A stretch of DNA of 64,000 nt from contig JAUIER010000007.1 of NCBI GenBank assembly GCA_030429765.1, forward strand, positions 68,372 to 132,371. The letters are read 5' to 3'. The stretch comes from a bacterium. GTDB taxonomy: Bacteria > Omnitrophota > Gorgyraeia > Zapsychrales > Zapsychraceae. The first letter of the stretch is position 1; each line of letters starts with the position of its first letter. Positions 29,389-39,628 of this stretch are shown piece after piece. The notes under the pieces are model-generated. The model saw only the letters and a program-made list of their open reading frames with translations. It was not told the origin of the DNA and did no database searches. The position numbers were made by a program, and so were the translations under genes.

Positions 29389-29817
29389 TTATTCAAACAC
29401 ACTTTTCTTGGACGTCACCGCGTGCCCTTGTGAATTTTCTTCGATGATCTTGATGAACTGGTCACTGGCAAGCTTGGCTTTCCCTTGACCTTGATAAATC
29501 TCGGCCAGTGAAAACCGGATCGAATTGCGCGCGGCCCGATCATGCACCACCTCAAGGGCCTGATTGAGAACTTGCTCCAGACGTTCGGTCTCTCCATTGG
29601 CCATATACAGATCCTTGAGACTGTTCTGTGCGATACCGATCGCGTTGGACGGATTATCAATCACTTCAATCCAGTGCGCGAGAAAGTCGATGTAGACATT
29701 CATTAGCTCGACACCTTTGATTTCATCGGCGATATCCTTGGCCTGAGCCGCCGACGGTTGCAGCGCTCCGCTGCATAAAATACCGATTAATACTGCGATG
29801 ATGCTGAATTTTTTCAT
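29389..29817 (-). CDS. Periplasmic TPR-like helical protein
   Basis: Signal peptide; helical A/L-rich repeats; downstream of the anti-sigma gene. Confidence 0.4.
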   Translation of the reverse strand: MKKFSIIAVLIGILCSGALQPSAAQAKDIADEIKGVELMNVYIDFLAHWIEVIDNPSNAIGIAQNSLKDLYMANGETERLEQVLNQALEVVHDRAARNSIRFSLAEIYQGQGKAKLASDQFIKIIEENSQGHAVTSKKSVFE

Positions 29818-29833
29818 GTTTGCCTCCTGTTGA

Positions 29834-30394
29834 TTAAGACTTCTGAATTCCTGATATGGTCTTTATGTGTAGATTGATTCTGGGTTTCCGCGGAAATTTT
29901 GGTTGGGTCATCGTCGACACGTTTGATGGACCCGACATCATGCTCACCGGCTTGACCGACGTGCGTAAACGAATCGTCGGTGTCTGTAGCCGCGATGACA
30001 TCGGTTCAGCCTTCACCAGATGCGACACGGATCCAGGCTGGACGACGGGACTGTCGGGCTTTTGATGGATCAGCTTGATCACCATCACGGCCATGAGCAG
30101 CACAATCGTTAATCCGGCCGCGGCCTGCCGAAATCTCCTGCTCCGTGACGAGACGATCTCCCGGCGTTCCATCTTGTGATGGATCTCATAGACGAATACG
30201 TCCCCGCCGGAGAAATCCTGCGGCGGTGGAGTGACACGGTTGAGAACGGTCAGCGTCGACTTAAGTTCTTCTGTCACTTTTTGACAGGCCATGCATTCTT
30301 TTAAATGACTCTCCATCCGCATCTGCTGTTTGGAAGAAAGCTCGCCTAGTAGATACCCGATCCATTCATTTCGCTTATGCCGACATTTCATCAT
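29834..30394 (-). CDS. Anti-sigma factor (zf-HC2 type, single TM)
   Basis: HLKECMACQ zinc motif, then TM (AAAGLTIVLLMAVMVIKLI); 20-nt overlap with the sigma gene. Confidence 0.55.
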   Translation of the reverse strand: MMKCRHKRNEWIGYLLGELSSKQQMRMESHLKECMACQKVTEELKSTLTVLNRVTPPPQDFSGGDVFVYEIHHKMERREIVSSRSRRFRQAAAGLTIVLLMAVMVIKLIHQKPDSPVVQPGSVSHLVKAEPMSSRLQTPTIRLRTSVKPVSMMSGPSNVSTMTQPKFPRKPRINLHIKTISGIQKS

Positions 30395-30944
30395 ACGTCT
30401 GCTCCTTCTTGACTATTTGACTCAACCGTTTCATCGCCTGGTTGAGCAAGGCCTTGACCGTTCCGGGGCGGCATTGCATCACCGCCGCTGTGTCTTCAAC
30501 GCTTAGCCGTTCATAGATCCTCAGTAGAACCACTTGATGCTGACGTTTGGGCAACTGCCCGAGCACGCGCTTGATCATCGCCTTCTGCTCCTGGTAATGC
30601 ATGCCGACTTGAGCTTCCGGATGCGTCTGCAGCTCCTTGTGCTCACCGATATACTCATAGTAGTCGAGGCGGCTGTGTTTGCGCCGCCAGTTCCGGGCCA
30701 GGTTCCAGGTGGTCTGATACAGCCACGTGAAAAACTTGGCCTTGAACCGCCACTTGGGCAGCATTTGATGGGCCTTGATGAAGACCTCCTGGGCGATGTC
30801 CCGGGACTCCTCCTGCTGTCCGATCACCCGGTACGCCATCCGGCACACCGCCGCCTGATGCCGCCGGACCAGATCATTGAAGGCCTCGACGGATCCGGCC
30901 TGAAATTCCCGGATAAGCTCTGCGTCTGGATCTTGAATTTTCAT
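30375..30944 (-). CDS. ECF (sigma-70 group IV) RNA polymerase sigma factor
   Basis: Region 2 (FNDLVRRHQAAVCRMAYRV...DIAQEVFIKA) and region 4 HTH (LSVEDTAAVMQCRPGTVKALLNQAMKRL). Confidence 0.85.
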   Translation of the reverse strand: MKIQDPDAELIREFQAGSVEAFNDLVRRHQAAVCRMAYRVIGQQEESRDIAQEVFIKAHQMLPKWRFKAKFFTWLYQTTWNLARNWRRKHSRLDYYEYIGEHKELQTHPEAQVGMHYQEQKAMIKRVLGQLPKRQHQVVLLRIYERLSVEDTAAVMQCRPGTVKALLNQAMKRLSQIVKKEQTYDEMSA

Positions 30945-31046
30945 AAATGAATTGTCCTAACCTCGCCTTTCATAGGTTAGTGTCGCATCAGAAGAAAAGG
31001 TTTAGATATTTGAATTAAAAATCGCTTAAGTGAGGAATCGTCAATA

Positions 31047-31919
31047 TCAGGCATGTTTGAATCTGTAGTAGGTCAGCCAAATCCCGTACCCGACCAATAT
31101 CAGACCAATCAAATACGATCCAGCAATGACAAGAACTTGAGGAATCATGATCCCAAATCCAAGCAGGATTTGAACGCCTTCATTCCAATCTTTGCGATCC
31201 AGGAACGTCGGTATAATCGGAAACCATTTATTGCGCAGCAGGATTGTCATGAGCGATGGGAAAAGTATGCCCAACGCAAAAAATGTTATGGGACGTTCAT
31301 TTTTTCCGGGCACGAAGGGTTTATTGATCTCGGCTTTGAGCTGCGCCTTGGGTTTCAATACACGGGCTTCCAACTCGGTTTTGGGATGGATTTTTCCAAC
31401 AGCATCGCCAAAGACCAGGGTCTGCCCAACCTCGAAGTGATCAATCCATTGAATCAGTCGATCACCAAATTCTTTGCGCAAACGTGGATACAGCGCCTCA
31501 ATGGCCAGAAAGTCCCGATAGTCCTCGGGCATCAAAACCCGCCAGCTGACTACTTTCCAAATGATACCAAGACCGGCAAAACACCAAAACACGGCCGTAG
31601 CTTCCCCTATACCCAGCCAGACCCGGTATTCACCCGCCGCCTGCCAATTACGCATGACCACCCAGGTCACAAGCGCGACCATGGGAATACTGAGCAAGGG
31701 CCAAATGATCTTTTGCAGGACCATTTGATGGCGACATGCGTGACACATGAAACATGATCGATCGGCAACAAACAGCCAGTCATCCAGATACTGATTGGCC
31801 TGAAGATACTCCCGCTCGCCTCTGCGCCACAGTGTAATCTTGTGCAGACGACCGGGCCTATTCTGACGTTGGCAACGAATACAAGTCGTTAAAGAAGTTT
31901 GCATAGATATTCCACCCAT
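31047..31919 (-). CDS. Membrane protein with N-terminal CxxC...CxxC zinc ribbon
   Basis: CIRCQ...CFMCHAC, then about 6 TM. Confidence 0.3.
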   Translation of the reverse strand: MGGISMQTSLTTCIRCQRQNRPGRLHKITLWRRGEREYLQANQYLDDWLFVADRSCFMCHACRHQMVLQKIIWPLLSIPMVALVTWVVMRNWQAAGEYRVWLGIGEATAVFWCFAGLGIIWKVVSWRVLMPEDYRDFLAIEALYPRLRKEFGDRLIQWIDHFEVGQTLVFGDAVGKIHPKTELEARVLKPKAQLKAEINKPFVPGKNERPITFFALGILFPSLMTILLRNKWFPIIPTFLDRKDWNEGVQILLGFGIMIPQVLVIAGSYLIGLILVGYGIWLTYYRFKHA

Positions 31920-31990
31920 AGAAAAGGACAGCCTCCATTTTAGTACAAAAACGGAAGGCTGTCCTCTGTTTTGATCCGTGAATGATCTGA

Positions 31991-34699
31991 CTACTTAAAC
32001 TGCATCGGTGGTTGCTGGTGGTATGGCTCCGCGTACGGATACGGCTGAGGCTGTGGATAATCATCATACGGAACCGGATAGGTTCGATATTGATAATCCA
32101 ACTGCCGTGCTGTTTCAACCAGGCCGATCAATTCGCTACGTTGTCCATCCTTATCCGAGCCCAAGGAACTGCGCACCGCTCGAAGCACGTGATCATACGA
32201 CGCGTGACCTTTGTAACGTGAATTACGCAACATCAAGCCAAACTCGGCGACCGCCGCGGCAAATTGCAGATCCCCGCTCGGCCGGGACAGAATATGATTT
32301 TGCTGCACCACCCGCTTGATCAATCGGCTTCGATTGCCGTTGGGTTTTTTATATCGGAGTTTGACCGTCATCAATTCCGGATTATTCCAGATGCTGGGGC
32401 GCCGTTGATACTTCAGCGGGTCCACGCCACTCTTGTACTGCTGGTACGGCATCGGCCGCATCCCGACGGGAACCACTTCATAAATTGCGGTCACAGTGTG
32501 TCCCGCGCCGATCTCGCCGGCATCCACCCGGTCGTCATTAAAGTCCTGTTTGGCCAACATACGGTTTTCGTAACCGATCAGACGGTACGCCTGAATATGA
32601 TCAGGGTTGAACTCAATCTGAACCTTGACATCCTTGGCAATGGTAAACAGGGTCGATCCTAATTCCTGCACCAGGACCTTTTCGCCTTCACGCAGACTGT
32701 CGATGTAGTGATATGTGCCGTTACCGTTGTCGGCAATCTTCTCCATCTTGGCATCCTTGAGATTACCGGTGCCGAAACCGAGTATCGACAGAAACACCCC
32801 TTCTTTGCGTTTGTCGCTGATCAAACGGACCAGCTCATAGTCATTCTGCATCCCGACATTGAAATCTCCGTCGGATGCCATGATGACCCGGTTGTTTCCG
32901 TTCTTGATATAATTATCACGCGCAATTCGGTAGGCCAATTTGAGACCGGCCTCACCGGCCGTCGATCCGCCGGCCCGTAGGCTGTCGATCGCGGCATGAA
33001 TGCGGGCTTTGTACGCGCCGGGTGTTGAGTCCAATACCAATCGGGCTGAGCCCGAATACGTGACAATAGCCACGCGCTGATCATCCCGCAATTGATCGAC
33101 CATCATCTTCAAACACCGTTTCAGCAACGGCAGTTTGTTGCGGTTGTTCATCGAACCCGAGACATCGATTAAAAACACCAGATTGCTCGGCGGAATTTTG
33201 CGCTCGGACGGAACAGCGCCCTGTAAACCGATCCGGACCAGATAATGACCGGGATTCCACGGACTCACCGCCGCATCGGTGTTGACCGAAAACGGCTCAC
33301 CGCGTTTGGGTTGATCGTAGTCGTAACTAAAGTAGTTGAGCATCTCCTCGATCCGGACCGATGCGGCCGGTGGCATTTGGCCTTGCTTGAGGAAACGGCG
33401 AATATTGGAATACGACGCCGTATCCACGTCCACGGAGAACGTCGATAGCGGATTATTCTTGGCCGACATAAACGGATTTTCATACACCGGATCATACTCT
33501 TCGGTATTCGAACGGCGGACGTTTCGAGGGCGATAACGATATTCGCCATCTCGGTCATCCTGCCAGTAGCCTTCCCGGTCAACGATCGCCTCTTCGGCTT
33601 CATACTCGTTTTCCAGATAGTATGGTTCATAGGTCGGGGCCGCCCGGCGCGATGAGACGGATGCCTGTCGTTCTGCCCGACCTCCCACAAAATCGGCCTC
33701 AGCCGGAGCCGGGCGTGATTGCGCCGGAAACGCCGGTTCCTGAATGCGTGCAAGCTGTCCGACCTGACTTGTCGATTCCTGGGTCACCCGCGGCTCATAC
33801 CCTGCCACTTGAAATCCTCCGCCTTTCAATCGATTGACCGATGCAACATTCTTGTCACGTTTATACGTTTCGGTCTTTCGAGGTGCGGGAGCCGGATCAC
33901 CTAGACCCTGAATTAACCCCAGGCTGGTGTCATAACTGGATTCCTGGAAACCGCCGGTTCCGCGTGTCCGTTGATTATCCTTCCGGGCCGGGGCGTTGGA
34001 GTACTTCGCTAATTGATCCACCGGCCCCGTTGGCGCGGCAACTTGATTTTGGACGACGGGTGAATCTATGCTGGATTCATCACGATAGGCGTCAGCGAGA
34101 TCAAAACCCGTATCCACTCTGGACGTCTCGACAGCCGCCACTGCCGCGGCCTTTTTGTCTTGAAGTTTACCGCCGACCGATTCTCGGAGAGTGGACGATA
34201 CGACCTCCGGCGCCTGCTTTGCCTTTTGCGCCAGCCGTTCTTTCTGATACGAGGCCTCATTGGCCTTCAGTTTAGCCATTTCCGTCCTTTGTTGCTGCTC
34301 TAAATAAGTTCGATCATAGTCGTCGACACGCTGAGCGTACTTGAATTGGGACTGGTTTGAAAATGTCTTGAGATAAATCGCTCCGATAAACACACATAAC
34401 GCGATGGCGACAAACGCTCCGCCGCCGATGCGCATTGACTTTTTACCTTCCATGATAGGTTCCTCCCGGAGCTTATCATCAAGCAACGATCGCTGTATCT
34501 TGTCCGTCAGGTCGCCGGACACCTGCTCATCCGGCCAATCCTGCAGTAAACTGGACACCTGTTTGAGTTCTTTGTAGTAATCCTGCCATTCCTTGGAATT
34601 CAGAATTAAATCCTCGGCCTGTTTTCGTTCCGCGTCGGACACACAGCCATCTATATATGCTGAAATAAGCTCTTTATATTTTTCGTTGTTGTTAGTCAT
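31991..34699 (-). CDS. Anti-sigma factor fused to vWA/YfbK-like (vWA + DUF3520) periplasmic domain
   Basis: N-terminal anti-sigma helix bundle, one TM, long Q/P/A-rich linker, then MSAKNNPLSTFSVDVDTASYSNIRRF...LVFLIDVSGSM MIDAS motif. Confidence 0.7.
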   Translation of the reverse strand: MTNNNEKYKELISAYIDGCVSDAERKQAEDLILNSKEWQDYYKELKQVSSLLQDWPDEQVSGDLTDKIQRSLLDDKLREEPIMEGKKSMRIGGGAFVAIALCVFIGAIYLKTFSNQSQFKYAQRVDDYDRTYLEQQQRTEMAKLKANEASYQKERLAQKAKQAPEVVSSTLRESVGGKLQDKKAAAVAAVETSRVDTGFDLADAYRDESSIDSPVVQNQVAAPTGPVDQLAKYSNAPARKDNQRTRGTGGFQESSYDTSLGLIQGLGDPAPAPRKTETYKRDKNVASVNRLKGGGFQVAGYEPRVTQESTSQVGQLARIQEPAFPAQSRPAPAEADFVGGRAERQASVSSRRAAPTYEPYYLENEYEAEEAIVDREGYWQDDRDGEYRYRPRNVRRSNTEEYDPVYENPFMSAKNNPLSTFSVDVDTASYSNIRRFLKQGQMPPAASVRIEEMLNYFSYDYDQPKRGEPFSVNTDAAVSPWNPGHYLVRIGLQGAVPSERKIPPSNLVFLIDVSGSMNNRNKLPLLKRCLKMMVDQLRDDQRVAIVTYSGSARLVLDSTPGAYKARIHAAIDSLRAGGSTAGEAGLKLAYRIARDNYIKNGNNRVIMASDGDFNVGMQNDYELVRLISDKRKEGVFLSILGFGTGNLKDAKMEKIADNGNGTYHYIDSLREGEKVLVQELGSTLFTIAKDVKVQIEFNPDHIQAYRLIGYENRMLAKQDFNDDRVDAGEIGAGHTVTAIYEVVPVGMRPMPYQQYKSGVDPLKYQRRPSIWNNPELMTVKLRYKKPNGNRSRLIKRVVQQNHILSRPSGDLQFAAAVAEFGLMLRNSRYKGHASYDHVLRAVRSSLGSDKDGQRSELIGLVETARQLDYQYRTYPVPYDDYPQPQPYPYAEPYHQQPPMQFK

Positions 34700-35273
34700 G
34701 GTTCCCCTCCTGAATGTGGGAAGCTAATTCGACTCTCAACGATTCTCTGGCGCGAAAGATCAGGACTTTTACATTCGCCAATGAACAATCAAGAATACCG
34801 GCAATCTCATCGTAAGAAAACCGATGATACTCCCGTAGGACTAATGCCTCGCGCTGCTGAACCGCCAGCTTCGCGATGGCCTGCTGAACCACCCGGGCAC
34901 GCTCCTTGACCGCCAACTCCTCTGAAGAATCCGGCTGATCATCCGCGATGTCCCACTGCTCAGTCTGTGAACTATCTTTTTTCGAAAAGGTCATGGAAAA
35001 GAATCGTCGGGATTTTCGGATCCGATCGATACATTTGTTCCGGGCAATGGTAAACAGCCATGTCGAAAACTTGGCCGTTGTTTGATACCTGTGCTTATGC
35101 CCCATCAAGGTGACAAAGACATCATGCGCGACATCCTCCGCCTCCGCCCGGTTTCCGAGCATCCGCAGACAGAAATTCAGAATTCGATTTTTGTATCGAT
35201 GAAATATCACAGAAATCGCCTCACGGTTTCCTGACTGGTAGTCCAGCATTATCTCTTCGTCGGTTTGATCCAT
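34692..35273 (-). CDS. ECF RNA polymerase sigma factor
   Basis: Region 2/4 motifs; 8-nt overlap with downstream anti-sigma gene. Confidence 0.85.
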   Translation of the reverse strand: MDQTDEEIMLDYQSGNREAISVIFHRYKNRILNFCLRMLGNRAEAEDVAHDVFVTLMGHKHRYQTTAKFSTWLFTIARNKCIDRIRKSRRFFSMTFSKKDSSQTEQWDIADDQPDSSEELAVKERARVVQQAIAKLAVQQREALVLREYHRFSYDEIAGILDCSLANVKVLIFRARESLRVELASHIQEGNHD

Positions 35274-35297
35274 TCTTTAAACCACTTTATGTCAATT

Positions 35298-35334
35298 AGT
35301 TACGTAACTATCGGGTTCGCGGGCCCGCGAACCG
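35298..35334. promoter_or_regulatory. Two adjacent perfect palindromes (AGTTACGTAACT and CGGTTCGCGGGCCCGCGAACCG) in the ECF sigma promoter / bc-operon 3' region
   Basis: Read directly; 12-nt and 22-nt perfect palindromes 4 nt apart. Confidence 0.4.
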
Positions 35335-35421
35335 CTCCTGACCTTTCATTGATTAAACGGATGAGATCAGGATAAGTTACAAAATATTCAGTCTTTTTTT
35401 GGAGCCCATCCAAGGGGTGTT

Positions 35422-35901
35422 TTAACGATACTTATCATATTTAAGCCCGATATGATGCAGAAACGGCTTAAACCGGCTGTGTTCACTGTCAAACCCGTGA
35501 AACTCACACCCGCAGCGATAGCAATTTAATATAAAGGGAACACGCTTATGCAGCAGCCAGTCAACGCCGGCGAAAACCGGCAGGCTCAGACCATAGGTCC
35601 ATGGCACCAGCACAATGCCGGCCAGCATGATCGTGCATCCTAGAAATTGATTGAAATTTTTGGAGAGGTAGAATTGGCGGCACGGGCACATCGGGCAACG
35701 GTCAAACATGTCATCGGCTTTGTGAACGGTCCCCCACGCCTTGTGGCAGGATGGACACTCGAGTTGGATTTGCCCGGTCCATTCCAGCTGGGCGTACTCA
35801 TGACAGTGTGGACAATGACGTGCGATGATTCGGCTCACAGCACAATTCCGTATTTGATAAGATAAAATTTGTAGGCCATATCGGCCAGTAATACCGCGCA
35901 A
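35422..35901 (-). CDS. Double zinc-ribbon membrane protein
   Basis: CPHCH-x17-CPSCH and CPMCPC...CYRCGC flanking a TM hairpin; 67-nt overlap with the upstream gene, so start uncertain. Confidence 0.3.
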   Translation of the reverse strand: MRGITGRYGLQILSYQIRNCAVSRIIARHCPHCHEYAQLEWTGQIQLECPSCHKAWGTVHKADDMFDRCPMCPCRQFYLSKNFNQFLGCTIMLAGIVLVPWTYGLSLPVFAGVDWLLHKRVPFILNCYRCGCEFHGFDSEHSRFKPFLHHIGLKYDKYR

Positions 35902-36623
35902 AGCACCACGTATAAAACGCCGGTCGCCGCCTGGGTATTCTTTAGCCGGATAATTTCTCGAACCATGAACAATCCGACCAGCGGAAACAACACGCCGAAG
36001 AATATAGGAATGATCAGCAGAAATCCGTCCATTTCACGGATAAACTCAAACAGGCTCAGCCGGTCGCCCTGATACATGACTGTTTGCGTAAACAAATTGA
36101 TCGCATCCCACACACCGCGGATGGCCACTAACATCAACAGGACCGCATTGGAATGACGTAGATGTTTGATCGGTAAGCCATGGACATTCAAATACCAATG
36201 CCCAAGGTTCATCGTATACAGTGATGCGCAAAAAATCAATCCACCCACTATCGAGATCACGAAGACAATCATGCGGGCATCGAACAACTCGACCTGCACT
36301 TGATAGCTGATCCACAGGCCGATCAGTGCCAGGACAGATACCGCTCCTGTAGAGACAGTCTCGCGCCGCCAATAAAACGCCGTTATCCCGATCGCCAACG
36401 CCATCCACAGAACAGAAATATAGCGAAGCGGACCATCAATCGGCATACGGTATACGAAGATCAAGGCGATCACACCGATGATTGTGGGCAGACCTAGATG
36501 AAAATGATGAAAATTGTTACGGAGTGGATCCCGGACACTAATCCAAAAACACAAGGGATACAGAAAGGCAAAATACAGACTGGTTGTTAACGTGATGGTA
36601 GAAAGCATACCGACACCGACCAA
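35835..36623 (-). CDS. Polytopic membrane protein (about 8 TM, conserved His), co-operonic with the bc complex
   Basis: 6 nt downstream of the cytochrome c gene; His-containing helices (HHFH, HWYLNVHG). Confidence 0.35.
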   Translation of the reverse strand: MVGVGMLSTITLTTSLYFAFLYPLCFWISVRDPLRNNFHHFHLGLPTIIGVIALIFVYRMPIDGPLRYISVLWMALAIGITAFYWRRETVSTGAVSVLALIGLWISYQVQVELFDARMIVFVISIVGGLIFCASLYTMNLGHWYLNVHGLPIKHLRHSNAVLLMLVAIRGVWDAINLFTQTVMYQGDRLSLFEFIREMDGFLLIIPIFFGVLFPLVGLFMVREIIRLKNTQAATGVLYVVLCAVLLADMAYKFYLIKYGIVL

Positions 36624-36629
36624 TGCCTG

Positions 36630-39611
36630 TTACGGATTGGATTCTGCGGGCGCGGCCTTCTTGGGGGCCGTCGTGGATTTCGGACGAGGTTTCGCCTTGG
36701 CTTCCGGTTCGGGCGTGTCATCTGACAAAGACATCAGGAAGTTTCGCAACACGCGGATCTGCTCGTCTTCATTTCCGTCCAGAATATCTTCCGGCCCGGA
36801 TTCCTCGTAGCTGTCCGGATCAAAGAATGTCGGCATTTTTGTGCCCGGCATCAGAGCTGACGGATTCTTCAGCCATTCAATCAGCCATTCCGGCTGCAGC
36901 CGGGTTCTGGCCAGGGCCAGGTTCGGCGCCCATGAATCCTGCGATCCCGACGGCAACTTGCCGCCGACCACGTGACACTGCGTACAGCCGAAGTAGTCTT
37001 CCGAGAAGAGTTTTTCTGCCGCCGCGTATTCTTCTTTGGTCATCTTGGTGTCCGGATCAAATTTGTATGGGAACGCATCACCGTCGACGGCTTGGAAATA
37101 CTGGATGAGTGAGTTCAGATGCGAAACGTTAAAGTTAAACGTCGGCATCCGCACGCGCAACCACGGCCGCACGATCTGCTTGGGCTCATGAAGGAAGTTA
37201 AACAGCCATTCCGGATCAAGTTTCTTACCGACACCGTGAAGATTCGGCGGACTGAAACTGTCACGTACCGTTGCCGCCTCGTTGTCTGTTTTCCCTTCGT
37301 ATTCCTTCAGCCACGTCTCAACGGTTGAGGCAATCGTACCGCCGTTGCCTTCCATGATGTGACACCCCTGACAGTTAAACTGAGCAATCAAATCCTGACC
37401 TTTCTCCTTGATCAGATTTTCCGGTGTTCGCGGAACCTTCTTGGCTTCGACGGTGCTGGTGTTCACAAATCCCATCAACGCCGTTACAATCGCCTCAATC
37501 TCCTCGTCCTTGAATTCAAAATTCGGCATCCGCAGCTTTTCATCCGGCGCCTTGATCTTTCCATGATCAAAACTTCGTGGATCCTTAAGCTTTTGTGTAA
37601 ACCAGGCATGCTTGCTGTGTTCAATGTGCAGGAAGCCAAAATCAAACTTATGGATCGACTTGCTGGCCTCTTCGGTCAGCTCAACCCCGATCGGTTTGGC
37701 GCCTTCAAATCCCTTGATGTTATGACAGCTGTAGCAGCCGTATTGGCTGATCAATTTTTCACCGGCAAAGTGAAGCTTCTCGCCGAGTTTCATTTGGGCC
37801 AGTTTGTCGCGCGCTCCCTGGTCAGTTAATCCGCGTTTTAAGAAATCGATCACAATTCCGTTTAGGATGTTGACATCAATCTCGGGGACCGGCTGAGCGT
37901 CAAACTCACGGTTTTTATCCCCTGATAGAAATTCGGCAATATCCGCCGCTTCCTGGTCCGTCAACCGCATATCCGGCATGGACGTTTTGGGATGGTAACG
38001 CGTCGGATCTTTCAGCCAATTGAACAGCCATTGCTTGGACGTCTTGGATCCCAAACCGATTAAGTTCGGACCATGACGTCGACGGAGATTGTCAATATCT
38101 GTCTTGACCAGATCGGCTTCAGGTTTGATTTGGTGGCACGCATAACAGCCGATGGATTTGACCAACTCCTCACCCGTCTCGGCGTTTCCTTTAACGGGGA
38201 GCTTGGCCTGCTGGAACGGCTGCGTGTTCTCGAATAGATAGTGGATCATCGCGTGAATCTCCTGCGATGAACGCTTGAGTGATACTGGATCGCTGTTGTT
38301 GGATTGATTAAAGTACGCCGGCATCATGGCGTTGTGACGGAATGAATGCGGATCATTGATCCAGCGATAGGCCCATTCCTTGGAAATCTTAGTATCCAGC
38401 TTGGTTAAATCAGGCCCCGGCTTGTTCCAGTGTTTGTACTTGTCGATCTCGTGACAGGCGTAGCATCCGGACTTTTCAATCAGGCTTAGCCCCAGATTCA
38501 ATTTATCGGCACCCTTGATGCGCGTTTCACCGCTGTGACACTTGAAACATTGAGACTGCGTCAACGGCAATGGAATCATCGGATCTTCCCATAACTCCAT
38601 TTGGTGATAACCGTACTTTTCTTCCCACTCGGCTTTTTGGGCCGGGCTTGAAGGCACGTGAACCGCTCCGTTGAAACTGGTCCCACGCGCCCGACCACCA
38701 TGACAGACGGTACAACCGAATTCCTCGATCGGATGCGGCGAGTTCTTGCCGACGTATTGCTCAAGATTTGGATGCGTCTTGAACGGCTGGACTTCATTCT
38801 CATAGTCCGGATTTGTGATTCCCAAATGGCAGCTGATACAGCGTTCCACTTTGGGAACGTTCATGAAATTCACGTTATCCGTAACATCCTTGAGGACAAC
38901 CTGCTCGATCTTGTTGTTGGGATTGGCCAGGTCAAGCACGGGAAGGTCCCGGACCAGATTGGCGATCTGATTGACAAAGGTCATTTCCGCCGGGTCAATA
39001 CTGTCCAGCTTTCGCTGCAACAGATCACGCTGACCGGCGATCTTGGATTGACTGCGGCGCAGCTGTTTAAGCTCTTCCCCGCAGCTCTTGATCTCCTGCT
39101 CCTTAGCCTTGAGCGCCTGCTTGCTGACTTCCAGCTGCAGACCCAGTTCGTTGACACGTTCTGATAAGGCCTGGAATTCCTCGCCATACTTCTCGGCATC
39201 GGCCTCCTGATAAGCCTCGGCATGCTCAAATTTGTACTTTAACGCGTCGAGTTCGGCCTTGCGGAATTTATAGTCCTGTTCCACAAGAATGGCCTGGTCC
39301 TCAACTTCTTTGAGGCTGGCCTTGATTTCATCGGTCAGCGCGCACTTGGCGTCAAACTCCGCCTGGGCCTTTTCCAGTTGCGCCACCAATTCATTGTACT
39401 CGTCCTGCGCTTCCAGCGTGAGGGTCTCTTTGTCCAGCTTGACCCTGGCCTTCTCGACTTCCATCGCGCGGAATTGCGTCTGATAGTCCTTCCACTCACG
39501 GTCATAGTCTTTCATGAACAATGACATGATGGCCAGCAGCAAAGCGATACTGGCAAACGCAAACAGCATGTTGAGCTTATTAATATTATAATGACGTTCG
39601 TCTTGTCCCAC
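36630..39611 (-). CDS. Octaheme c-type cytochrome with N-terminal TM and long coiled coil
   Basis: Eight CxxCH motifs (CISCH, CTVCH, CFKCH, CYACH x2, CYSCH, CQGCH, CTQCH); N-terminal heptad-rich E/K/Q segment. Confidence 0.8.
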   Translation of the reverse strand: MGQDERHYNINKLNMLFAFASIALLLAIMSLFMKDYDREWKDYQTQFRAMEVEKARVKLDKETLTLEAQDEYNELVAQLEKAQAEFDAKCALTDEIKASLKEVEDQAILVEQDYKFRKAELDALKYKFEHAEAYQEADAEKYGEEFQALSERVNELGLQLEVSKQALKAKEQEIKSCGEELKQLRRSQSKIAGQRDLLQRKLDSIDPAEMTFVNQIANLVRDLPVLDLANPNNKIEQVVLKDVTDNVNFMNVPKVERCISCHLGITNPDYENEVQPFKTHPNLEQYVGKNSPHPIEEFGCTVCHGGRARGTSFNGAVHVPSSPAQKAEWEEKYGYHQMELWEDPMIPLPLTQSQCFKCHSGETRIKGADKLNLGLSLIEKSGCYACHEIDKYKHWNKPGPDLTKLDTKISKEWAYRWINDPHSFRHNAMMPAYFNQSNNSDPVSLKRSSQEIHAMIHYLFENTQPFQQAKLPVKGNAETGEELVKSIGCYACHQIKPEADLVKTDIDNLRRRHGPNLIGLGSKTSKQWLFNWLKDPTRYHPKTSMPDMRLTDQEAADIAEFLSGDKNREFDAQPVPEIDVNILNGIVIDFLKRGLTDQGARDKLAQMKLGEKLHFAGEKLISQYGCYSCHNIKGFEGAKPIGVELTEEASKSIHKFDFGFLHIEHSKHAWFTQKLKDPRSFDHGKIKAPDEKLRMPNFEFKDEEIEAIVTALMGFVNTSTVEAKKVPRTPENLIKEKGQDLIAQFNCQGCHIMEGNGGTIASTVETWLKEYEGKTDNEAATVRDSFSPPNLHGVGKKLDPEWLFNFLHEPKQIVRPWLRVRMPTFNFNVSHLNSLIQYFQAVDGDAFPYKFDPDTKMTKEEYAAAEKLFSEDYFGCTQCHVVGGKLPSGSQDSWAPNLALARTRLQPEWLIEWLKNPSALMPGTKMPTFFDPDSYEESGPEDILDGNEDEQIRVLRNFLMSLSDDTPEPEAKAKPRPKSTTAPKKAAPAESNP

Positions 39612-39628
39612 GTATTAACCCTTCAAGC

